64,000 nucleotides of DNA from Psilocybe cubensis. Lineage: Eukaryota. The stretch's first letter is position 1. The number at the start of each line of letters is the position of its first letter. Location: contig CM039009.1 in NCBI GenBank assembly GCA_017499595.2, positions 1,364,001 to 1,428,000 of the forward strand, given 5' to 3'. The position numbers and the translations under genes were made by a program. Positions 23,204 through 34,469 of the stretch are shown here, piece after piece. Below the pieces are notes generated by a model, which was not told where the DNA came from, did no database searches, and saw nothing but the letters and a program-made list of their open reading frames with translations.

Positions 23204-24354
23204 AACAATGTCACTGTACAAACGTTTTACTGGAGCTTAATATATCAAATGCAGAGCAAGTGTCGTCAATCAATTGATTTACCGTAGACGTATCTTGTGA
23301 CCCTGGAATATACCGACGTACCCGATGACTGTAGAATTGTATTTGTAGACGGGAATGTCTATGTATATGGGAACGTCCGCACTCCAAACTCGTCTACCGA
23401 AGGATATCCGAACCTTCGCACGGTGCGTTCATCGCCTTTCACAGATGCCATACAACCCGATATGTTTAGTGCGCCACAGAACAGGATAGCCCATCAAGAA
23501 ACAATAGTAATAATCCATTTGGTTATATACTGTCAGCGCATCGGCGTCAACCATCATTTCTCACCGTTTACTATACATACACAAAGTCCATCAGAATCAT
23601 CATGTAACTTATACTTCAACATGCCGTTGAATAGTCTACGCAAGATCTGCCAACGAACTAGATACTTTGTTCCATCCAATCTCAGATTATGTAAAATCAG
23701 AGTCATCTCGAAATTCGTTCAATTGACCAGACTGTATACAAATCAAAGTTTAGCTAAAGGACTCGGGACTCAGATGACTACTGGCTCCGTGTTAGCTGTC
23801 TTCTCTCGATTTACGAGAAAACGCAAATGCTCGCCAGACCGATCAAACCGTATTCAATGATTCTCGGAGAAAACCAAAGAAAATGATCTACAACGGTCTA
23901 TCATTTACGTAATTTTTGAGTCTGACTTTGAAGCTCTCCCCTCCCCGGGGAGCTCCTCTATGGGCTTGTCCGGAATTCTGTTGATTTTTGGGTATCAAAT
24001 CCGCGAAACCGGACATACCTTCTCAGCAGGTGTACTTCCAAATATGGAAATTTCTCTCCCTGTGGGTGTCAATCAGTCGATCGACACCGACCAAATTATA
24101 GCAAAAAAAAAAAAAAAAGTACGGTAATGGTACTATTTGATGACCGTGTATGATGAATTTCTTGTCTTTTTCTCTCTATTTAGACTCAATTTGAAATGCG
24201 AAAATATTCTTTGATGGTCAAGAATACGAATACTATACTTTTTATTGTTATTTCTTATAGGTTCAACTAGGATAACCAATTGAAATCGAATCATCTCTCA
24301 AGAGTAACCCAAACTAGTACAGAACAACAAAAAGTCTGTTTTGAATGTCCGAAA

Positions 24355-24865
24355 TTACATGGAAAGACTATTAATGCCATTATCAAAATCTAAAATGAAA
24401 GACTGCGAATGCGAGACTGAAGCCATTCCAGGATCAACGTCAAGACCTGGTTGAAAAATCACCAGGTCTTTGGCGACTCTGGTAACGTCTGTATCAACAG
24501 GGCCATTGAAATGCATCTCAGATACGAAAGGTAAGTGGCTCATGTCACTAACGAAACTGACAGATCGGCACAAGCCTTCTTCGTTGGGTGCTCTGGGACG
24601 GTTGAGGTAGGTACCCTCAGAATGAATAACTGACCCAGATTTATGGCAAAACCGTAATAGTTCGGCAACTTTCGTGTTTAAATTTATATAAACATTGGAA
24701 AAAATGTCCATTTTAATCGAAGTACAAGTTGTATTTGTTTGTTTACGGGGTGCTCTAGCTCCGGTGATGTGGCTGTAAAAAATTGGATCTCTGGGTTCGA
24801 AGCTGTCGATAGTGAACCGAGGACGGGCTTTGTGTTTATTTTGGTAGTCTGCGATAACGTGTCGC
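24355..24865 (-). CDS. Partial ORF running out of the assembly gap, unknown function
   Basis: Frame is open from the gap edge (RHVIADYQNKHKARPRFTIDSFEPRDPIFYSH...) through ORF 24355-24711. Confidence 0.4.
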
Positions 24866-24965
24866 NNNNNNNNNNNNNNNNNNNNNNNNNNNNNNNNNNN
24901 NNNNNNNNNNNNNNNNNNNNNNNNNNNNNNNNNNNNNNNNNNNNNNNNNNNNNNNNNNNNNNNNN
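24866..24965. other. Assembly gap (100 N)
   Basis: Run of N. Confidence 1.
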
Positions 24966-27900
24966 GACCCGATCAATACATTATCAAACAAGAGTGTTCA
25001 TGTGGATCGAATCTATAATTCAATGTGAATTTCCAAACTCAGTAGGATCCGAACAACAGACTAACGATTACCCCCGACGAATACTATCTACTGAAACAGG
25101 TGATCCTCATCCAGGTGTAATACAATCACCTTCCCCACAAAATTATACCGATATAAACCAATTTTGGCTCGAGTTCGACTTCTTCCTGGAGCGAATCTTA
25201 CATCAGTACGCATGGCACGAGCACCAAGCAACGTGCTGGAAATACCTTGAACGAGGTCAATCCAAATCAGACAATAATTGCAGAATGGGTATAAATGGGC
25301 AGACCTTGGAAAAGACTACATTAGACGAAATAACAAAAGAGATACTACTCCGCAGACACCATCCAAGATTAGCGCAACACACTGATATAGTATCATTCTT
25401 ATTGCAGTGCAACATGGACATTAAATTCGTAGGGTCAGGAGATGCAGCAAAAGCGTTCTTGTACTATGTTACTGATTATATAACAAAGGCATCTCTACCA
25501 GTTCATGCAGGTATGGCCGCGTTGTCGTATGCTGTAAGTAAAGCGTACAGCAAAATGTCCGCAAATCAATCAGAAATATCAGACAATCAAACAGTGGGTG
25601 CCATCATAACAGCTGTTAATAGTATGATGGGCAGACAGGAAATATCACAACCACAAGTAATGAGCTATCTAGTAGGCGGAGGCGACCACTACACATCTCA
25701 CAAATTTGCTATACTCAAATGGCACAGTATAAGAAGGTTTTGCATGTCTCATCACACTAAATCCAATCAGACGCCCAACAACAGCACATTAGACGACGTA
25801 AGCAATACCAACGAACAAGAAAACGAAGAGTCAGTTGAGTTAAATATGGGTGACAGAGACATAACGGCGTCCAACCAACGACTGGACTATTGTTTAAGAC
25901 CAGCGAACGACAAATTCATAGATTTGTGTTTGTATGACTTTGTAGCATGGGGTATCAAACAACGGTATACCAAAGAAATGTTACACATTGAAACAGCAGT
26001 ACGTCCAGGATCATTCTTAAACGACGAGCACCCTGAGTATTTCACCCATTATATGACAATCAGAAGAAAAAGTTGTATACCAATTATACTAGGCCCTTCT
26101 ATTCCGAATCCATTGAAGTCTGATCAACTAAAAGATGACTGGGCAAGGGACATGTTACTCCTCTTCAAACCGTGGAGGGATATATCAGATTTAAAGACCC
26201 CATCAGAAACATGGACAGACGCATTTCATAACTACGAGATATCAATGAAACTAGAACACACGCGCATCATACAGAACATGCAAGCTTTGACAGAATGTAG
26301 CGAGGCCCGCGACGCACACAGGCAGCGCAGACGTGGAAAAACATCCGAGGATGTAGTGTCCGATGAAGTACAGGATATAATATTAACAGACACGGAAGGT
26401 AATACAGACACCCTCAACCCTAACGATGTATACTCTCCAGATCCCTTCCAATGCATTGAAAACCCCAACGAAGACTTTACAACAAACTTACACGACTCCA
26501 TAGATAACATAGGAGAGGAAACTTCAAGATTTCTAGACATGTGTCTCCCACTGGATACAACGGAAACTGCTGTGGACACGGAATATCAAAAATCAGTTCC
26601 AGTAAACCAACAAACTCTAACATCACATGAAGTGGATGATCTGTTAGCAAGCCATCGCGCCATCATGAAATCAAAAAGAAAACGTGCAATGCTACATGAA
26701 CCCGACACAGACGACATAACTACGCCACCCAAACGATATCGCAATGGGAACTATGCACCTATTGCCAAGCAAGCTATACTCCAGGATTTGTATGATTTAA
26801 GTCATAATTACAATTCAATAACAGACACTGACACCATGAACAACATCGCAGAAGAAATGGGACTTTTAAATAACCCAGAACAGCTAAAGGCGTTCCGAAT
26901 CATCGGTAACCATATCATAACCGACAACAAGGAACAGTTGCTGATTCATATTGCAGGCGTTGGCGGTACAGGTAAATCCCATTTGATAAAATGTCTGATT
27001 ATGTTATTCGAGCGCTTGCATCGCAGGAATGAGTTATTATTAGGAGCACCGACCGGAATAGCGGCAGTGCTGATCGGAGGACAAACACTACACTCACTGA
27101 TAGTATCTCATGCAAATCAGTCACAAGCAAAACCCAATAAACTTAAACTAATTCAAATTTGGAAATACATAAAAACTTTAATAATAGACGAGACCTCAAT
27201 GATAAGCGCAAAATTCCTCAGTGAAATCTCTATCAGAATTAGGCAAGGGAAAGGAGATGACGTCGTTAACAGCAATAAACCATTCGGAGGAATTAATGTA
27301 ATATTTATGGGCGACTGCGCACAACTAAAACCCCCTCTACAAAAGCCATTATATGCAAATGAATTGGTGAAGAACCCGTCTTTTGCAGAAGCTCGGAACG
27401 TGTCAGGACCATCACAACTAAATGGCGCATTTCTATGGAGACAAGTAAAAACAGTGATACAACTAGTCAAAAACGAAAGACACGCAAGAGACATAAAGTA
27501 TGCCCTTTTTCTTGATAGACTAAGATTGGGCCTCTGCAGAAGTAATATTAACAATATTAAAAGTGACAATGAACAGTCAGATTACCATTATATATATAAC
27601 AGACTTATCCAGAAACAGGCTTCTAATCCAAAAACACTAGCATTGTTCAGAGATGCACCTATCATTGTAGGCAACAAGGCCGTACGAGACATCCTGAATG
27701 CCAAGCTAATCAAGTACCATTCAACAAAAGCAAATATATCACCACATATATACTATTCACGAGATGAGAGACACAAAAAAAGGATTACAGGTGAGTTCCA
27801 ACAGATATTATGGAGACTACCTTCAACAAAAACAAACGACGCCCTTGGAAAACTACCTCTTTTCATTGGAATGAAAGTAATGATAACAGAAAACATTGCA

Positions 27901-28395
27901 TTCGATGATAAAATAGTCAATGGCACTGAGGGTATAGTCACAGACATAAAATATGAAGTGGACGAGAAATACCGTCGATACTGCAAAGCTGTGTATGTAC
28001 ACGTCAAAGGTTGTGGAATACAAGTAGACGGGCTAGAAAAAGATGTTGTTCCAATTTTCCCTTCTTCGACTTCAATAGATGTTAAATACCAAAAGCATAT
28101 CAAATTGTTTGACAGCTTTACACGGAAACAAGTCCCACTAATACCAGCGTATGCGTACACAGACTATAAAGGACAAGGTCGCACACTTGATAGGGTAATT
28201 GTTGATTTATTAACGGCAAGAGGTCAAGGTGCATATGTAATGCTCTCCAGAGTAAAATCCATATCTGGATTACTAGTTCTACGATGGTTCCCTGAGAATA
28301 AAATATACAATCGGTTACCTGAAGAACTGCGCAACGAGTTAAACAGACTGGACAACATAGCGAAGTCCGACGTCGAACAATCTAGACCAATCTAG
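24966..28395 (+). CDS. Helitron Rep-helicase (end of Rep domain + PIF1-family SF1B helicase); 5' part lost in the gap
   Basis: HEHQATCWKY, CRMG, NMDIKFVGSG..AKAFLYYVTDYITK (Rep motif-3 tyrosines); GVGGTGKS, APTGIAA..IGGQTLHS, IIDETSM, PFGGINVIFMGDCAQLKP, GMKVMITEN..IVNGTEG, QVPLIPAYAYTDYKGQGRTL, YVMLSRV. No stops over more than 1100 codons. Confidence 0.95.
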
Positions 28396-28480
28396 ACCGA
28401 ACGAGACCACCTATTTCCTTTTATAGAAAAATGCTACCACCCTAAACCTGGACTTAAAGAGTCCAGGCAGAGGTAAGTAT
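24966..28480 (+). mobile_element. Helitron-like element (Helitron2/Helentron-type 3' end)
   Basis: Rep-helicase ORF followed by a perfect 8-bp hairpin CCTGGACT-TAAAG-AGTCCAGG (28447-28467). No CTRR after the hairpin. Confidence 0.8.
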
Positions 28481-28564
28481 CTTTCATCGATGTAGCAATT
28501 AGTTTTAACAATTGTTCCAATCCAGGATTATTATAAGTTCATCGGCGGATATGAGAGCTCTCAT

Positions 28565-29378
28565 TCAAGCCACCCTATTCATTATTTGCGTGACCTTGTC
28601 CCTGACCCCTCCCTCCCATTCATCCCAGCACAGGCTCAACGCTACTGTATCTCTCCCAAGATTCTCCTTCATCGGATCACCCTCTCTGGGTAAGACGCCA
28701 CTTCCAGGTATTCCCAAAGGTAGCACGCTTTGCCACCTCATCACACACTCCACGGTGAAACCCATTCGCTCCGCGTCTCGAATGCTCGCCTCATTCGCCG
28801 TACTTGTGTGCCAAACAACGCGACGGAGGCCCAGTGCATTTGGGTATGATGGGGTAGGTGTGTTAAGTAGGAAGTTGAGACTGAGTCCGACGGCGTTTGA
28901 CATGACATGCGTACGCTGGAAGGGAGGTAAAATAATCACATGTAGTTCTACCTCTGGTGCTCGATTTGGTACAGTGTCTTTGTTCACTCTGAACCCCATG
29001 AGGCCTGCTAATGCACCTGCGCTGCAATCATAATTCGATAACTGAGAGTGTCCAGTTTTATCGAATATCACCAACAAGAGCAATTGTGGGTTTTGACGGA
29101 ATCGATTCTCGACCAGATTTGTGAGAAAGTCGTCGATGTCTTTGTATGGTCCAAATAATAATGGGTGATCAAATAAATGAGGGGCGAGTAGTAGTTGATC
29201 ATATACAACTTGCCCATGCAATGAGGGCTTCGAGTTAACACAATGGTTCAGCATGTCGTCTCTAATAAAACGCCACGAAGCAACATACTATAAATGGAGT
29301 CAATCGAACTCTATCGTTCTCAAGTGATGCGGGTACTGGAAAGCAGAAATTTATGTCGTATGGCTCAGAGATATCCAT
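28565..29378 (-). CDS. GNAT acetyltransferase (RimJ/RimL, Acetyltransf_3-like), copy 1
   Basis: MDISEPYDINFCFPVPASLENDRVRLTPFI / intron / ...ILPPFQRTHVMSNAVGL...LGLRRVVW...NEASIRDAERMGF. Confidence 0.88.
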
Positions 29379-29593
29379 TGTGCTCGTCAGAGGAGTCCAA
29401 GAGGAGACCAGTGGAGGAGAGGTTTAAATATACATAACCATGAGGTATTTGCACTTTATAATTGCTAATACTGTCGGACGTCATTACCTTTGATGCAACC
29501 TTTTTCATAGTTAACGAAGAATAACCAAATTTAGGCATATTGTAGCGGCAGTAAAATTTTGAAAGCAGTCCCATATGAAAACACGGTAACCCT

Positions 29594-30393
29594 TCATTCA
29601 ACTCGGTTCATGACCTTCTGAACATGCTCTTTGACTCCAGCTTCCCAGTTATCCCAACACAAACTCAAAACAACCGTATCCCTCCCCTGATGGTCCCTTT
29701 TTGGGTCTGTCTCTCTGACTTTCAGTCCATTCCCCTCCCTGTCTATAGGAAGCACACGATCCCATCTCAAGATACCCTCCACCGTGAACCCCATACGCTC
29801 TGCTGCACGGATACTGGCCTTGTTGGCGGAATTTGCCTTCCAGACGACGCGACGGAGCCCTAGAACCTCTGGATAGGTGGTCGATGGAGGATTGAGTGTG
29901 AAATTTAAGAGGAGACCAATGGCGTTTGACGTGACGTGCGTCCTCTGGAATTGAGGTAGGATCATCACAAATCCAATTTCGGTGGCGAGGTTTGGTGCGG
30001 AGGTGTTCAAGAAACCTATGACGCCTGCTAGAGCGCCTGGTGCATTTTTTGAGCCATTTAACGTCTGGGAGGGCTTTGTCTTGTCGAATATTGCGAAGAG
30101 GACGTCTTCTGGATCTTTGCGGATCCTATTCTCTACTAGGTTCGTCAAGAACTCGTCTATGCTGCTATAAGGTCCGAAAGGTAGGTATCTAAATATTTCT
30201 GGGTGCGCTGATAGTTTCTCAAATAGGGACTCTGCGTGAAGCCTAGGCTTATGTATTCCGGTTTATGTGTATGAGTAACTCGATTTAAATGAAGACTCAC
30301 AATAAATGGTGTCAACCGGACTCTGTCGTTCTCAAGGACTTCAGGAATCGGCAAACAAAAGTTGATGTCGTAGGATTTTGTCACTGTGTCCAT
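29594..30393 (-). CDS. GNAT acetyltransferase, copy 2
   Basis: LENDRVRLTPFI / ...EIGFVMILPQFQRTHVTSNAIGLLL..LGLRRVVWKANSANKASIRAAERMGF. Confidence 0.9.
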
Positions 30394-30584
30394 CCTACAA
30401 GCTAGACGGCGAGTACAGTATATGATATGTTGTCAACAGTACTCCAGCAAGCTGCGAGAGGCCGTTGATATTTATCACATCTTCGATAATGAGTCACCAT
30501 TCTCGGCATTATGGAAAGTCGCGTTTGGCTACTGGCTGTGTGGGGTAAAGATGTCACGCTGGGAAAAAGTACGCTTTCTTTGAT

Positions 30585-31390
30585 TCACGCGACTCGGTTC
30601 ATTATGCCTTGTACCGTTTCCTTCTGACCCCCTTCCCAATCGTCCCAACACAGACTTAAAAGTGCTGTATCCCGACTGTTGCAATCCGCCCGTGGATCGC
30701 CGTTCCTTATACCCCCTCTATTTCCAGGCCTGCCAGGCGGTAGCACGCGATTCCACCTTATGATTCCCTCAAATTTAAATCCCATACGCTCAGCGGTACG
30801 TACACTTGGCTTGTTGAAAGGGTCAGCACACCAGCACACCCGACGCAATCCAAGTGAATCCGGGCATTCTGCGCTTGGGAGGTTTAAGCAATATTGAAGT
30901 AGCAAGCCAACGGCATTGGAGGTGACGTGTGTGCGCTGATATGGGGGCAGAATCATGATCCCTCCGATTTCGATGGCGAGGTCAGGAGCTGAGGTATTGG
31001 TCAGAGCTATCAGGCCTGCCATTTCACTGGAAGTTTCGAGACCTGTGGACTTGGATGGCCTGGTTTTATCGTATATGACGAACATGCAGTTATTGCGATC
31101 TCCGCACATTGTGGTTTGCATGAAATCGTTGAAGCTTTGGAAGTCGGAGAAGGGTCCGTATGGGAGGTAATGAAACACATCGGGGTATAATACGAGTTCG
31201 TCGAAAGCTAACTTTGCATGCCTAGAAAGCTTGCGTTTGCATAACATAAAATGGTTTTCTATCAGACTCATCTGGTCAATAAAAAGGTATATACACTCAC
31301 GATGAATGGCGTCAACCGTAACCTGTCATTCTCCAGTGTCTCCGGAACTGGGAAACAAAAGTTAACACCGCATTTTGCATCTGCTTCCAT
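30585..31390 (-). CDS. GNAT acetyltransferase, copy 3
   Basis: MEADAKCGVNFCFPVPETLENDRLRLTPFI / ...EIGGIMILPPYQRTHVTSNAVGLLL..NKPSVRTAERMGF. Confidence 0.9.
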
Positions 31391-31880
31391 CTTTCTGCCT
31401 TCAGTGAAGGTATAAAATTATCAGCTTTATATCCACTTATAACCATCGATTGAGGACATTTATTCCAAGGCTCGGCAATCTTTTGCAGCGATATGACTCA
31501 CATCTCGGCAAGGAAAAAGGGAGATCCTCGAAATTGCGTGATCAGGGAGATTACTGAAAGAGATATATCGACAGATATTGGAGTACGATATTTTTTGAGT
31601 ATAGACTGGTGCTTTGGGTCGCGACTTGAAAGATATAACAGAGTGAGCGGCGGGACTGCATCATTCACCATCACTTCCACTTTGGGAAGAAATTATTCCC
31701 TTTTTGGCAGTTAAAACGCAATTAAACTCGACTATGACTGGCCAAATAGAACATAGAACGGACCACTTATGGCCTGAAACGGAATATGTGGATATATCTC
31801 ACCTTCGATGAGTTATCACTTTTGGCAACGGAAATCGCGTCCAGCTGTGTGGGGTAAATAAAACACAAACACTTTATGAT

Positions 31881-32683
31881 TCACGCGACTCGGTTCATAA
31901 TGCTTTGCACGACCTCCTTCTGACCTCCCTCCCAGTCATCCCAACACAAGCTCAAAATTGCTGTATCCCGCCCCTCGCACGCTGCACGTGGATCCCCTGT
32001 CCTGACAGCCTCTCCATTTCCAGGCTTACCAGGGGGCAGCACTCGATGCCACCTCATAATCCCCTCGAATGTAAACCCCATACGTTCAGCAGTACGCACG
32101 CTCGGCTTGTTCAGAGAGTTGGCGCACCAAAAAACCCGACGTAGTCCAAGTGCATTGGGCTTCTCGGTGCTTGGGAGGTTTAGACAGTACTGGAGGAGCA
32201 GTCCAACAGCGTTAGAGGTGACGTGAGTGCGTTGGAATGGAGGTAAAATCATGATTGCTCCAATTTCGATGGCGAGGTCGGGAGCCGAGGTGTTGATTAG
32301 GCCCATTAGACCTGCTATTGTTCCCTGAGAAGGCTCGTGGCTCGAAGGTTCTGAAGAGCGAGTTTTGTCGTAAATCACGAACATGCAGTTGTTAGAATCT
32401 TGACACATTCTGGTCTGCATAAAATCGTCAAAGCCTTTGAAATCGGGGAAGGGTCCGAATGGGAGATAACGAAACAGTTCGGGGTATAACACGAGTTCTT
32501 CAAAAACCATCTTCGCATGCTTAGAAGCCTGGCGTTGAGCAAGACGTTCAATAGTTAGAATTCAGATTATTGAAGAACTAATAGTGTACTCACTATGAAC
32601 GGAGTCAACAATATCCTGTTGTTTTCCAATGTCTCCGGGATCGGGAAACAAAAGTTGATTTCGCTTTCTGGGGTTGCTACCAT
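31881..32683 (-). CDS. GNAT acetyltransferase, copy 4
   Basis: MVATPESEINFCFPIPETLENNRILLTPFI / ...ILPPFQRTHVTSNAVGLLL..NKPSVRTAERMGF. Confidence 0.9.
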
Positions 32684-33443
32684 CTTGTTGATGTGATTAA
32701 GATTAAGATGAGAGGCCGTCGATCGAGGTCACTTTATTTCAAGCTCAGCAAGGTTTTGTAGCGATCTGGTAGCGATATGACTCACACCTCGGCAAAGGGC
32801 AATTCTTGGAATCATGCGTGATGAGGGTGATTCTCGAAAGTTATGGCGCATAAATTCGCACCAATATTTTTTGAAAACAGACGGGGCACGATATCCCCAT
32901 AGATGTACATCTCAATTAGCCTATCAGTGGCCCACAGCGGCGGGATTGAAATCATTCACCATCATTTCCACGTTAGGACAAAATTTTCCCTTTTTAGCAT
33001 ATCCAATTGAACCTGACGGACAGACTGCAAGAAAAATGAAATCCTGAAACCGAATACAACTACCGAAAGCTACTATTTTCTCGCTAAGGATCTGCACGTT
33101 TCGCACAACCTCGAACGGTCGAACCCGATGTTCCATGCCATCAATTATATCTGGATGACGTCAGTCATACTCAAAGCAGGCTATTTTTGGTACCACACTG
33201 ACAAGTAACAGCGCCACCGTAATGAAGTCAAGGAGCTTGAATTAATCCTCGAAGACAGTGTAATTGGTGCTCTACGTCATAATGTACTCAATTTTTCCGT
33301 GCTTGTTATCATCTTGTGCCGACGTCATGGTAGGCCCAAGGCATATAAAGTCTTCGTATTGTTGCTTGCATTCTTCATTATCATAGCTAAAAGCACCAAC
33401 ACAACACACATCGAAACATCTGAAATCACCACACAAAACTAAA

Positions 33444-33770
33444 ATGGTACGTCAATACATTTCACAACACTAGGAGTTGTACGGGTGGCTCATGGCAAAA
33501 CTTCTTACAGGGTTCCATCTTTTCAGCAATTGGTCGCGGGATTAATGCAATTATCTCTGCTATTGCCAATGTGTTCATGACTATAGTTAGCGCAATCACT
33601 ACAGTAAGTTTTCTAACAAACAGATTAGAATAACACAGCTCAACCTATCTCTACAGGTCATCGTCACCATCTTCAATGTGATTGCAGATATCCTATGCTG
33701 CAGATGCTTTGGGTCGCGTAGATCGACGCGTCGCACGGGGAGGGCCAGGACCTCTAGAAGGACATTCTAG
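33444..33770 (+). CDS. 69-aa microprotein with amphipathic helix, Cys cluster and basic tail
   Basis: Exons 33444-33446 (ATG only), 33511-33603 and 33657-33770 with canonical GT-AG introns: MGSIFSAIGRGINAIISAIANVFMTIVSAITTVIVTIFNVIADILCCRCFGSRRSTRRTGRARTSRRTF*. TATAAA at ~33344. Confidence 0.85.
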
Positions 33771-34469
33771 TTCTTAATAGCCCACTGCTCTCTCAATCAT
33801 ATCACACACACGATTTAATACGCTGTATACCCCGCTTACGACAATATCCCGCCGTCCCCTAAAGTTCTATGATAGTAGTTCAATTGTACTGATATAATAT
33901 TTTCCCCAACTATACTTGACTTTTATGTGTGATTGTATCCTCCGTAGTTTGTGTCTACCTGAGCTTCCGTATATTGAGTCAGGAACCTCTTCAAACATTC
34001 AACTTAGGGCGCCAAACTGTCTCCTTTGATGCGACCAAGTCCCTTAATCGCAGTTGTTAGGATCAATTGGATCATGCAAATAGAGATTAGATTGTGATTG
34101 ACATCTATCTCATCGACAAGAGCCATCAAAACGATCGGGTACTTAAATAAAGCTCAATCGACGACGCCCACCATGTCCTCCTCCTCTTCCTCAGGTATAC
34201 CGCCATCGTACTGAGGTTCAGACTCTTAAAGTGTGCGTATAACCCTGGTGTTGCTTCCATTTGCGACGATCTCACCTGATTGTGCCTGATCCTCAGAATC
34301 CATTTCTTGCCGGAGGAACTCTACTTCCATCCCGGAGCAGCCATCCCAGTCCATCCACTTTTTCTCTTGGGGACAGAAACAGCACCACTGCCAGCGCTGC
34401 CTTGATCTCTTAATCGATCGATCATCGCCTGACGTGCATTATTCTGATATTTTGCGCTAGTTCTTTGAC

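Larger units (their letters stand above)
29476..32784 (-). promoter_or_regulatory. bZIP (Gcn4/AP-1/CRE-like) sites upstream of each GNAT gene
   Basis: TGAGTCA 30490-30496, TGACTCA 31494-31500, TGACTCA 32778-32784, GACGTCAT ~29477-29484; each about 95-105 bp upstream of an ATG. Confidence 0.55.

Noticed and set aside
24739-24965. N-terminus of the 1218-aa ORF in the track
   Set aside because: Artefact of reading through the N gap. The pre-gap sequence has no Rep similarity and is open on the opposite strand.
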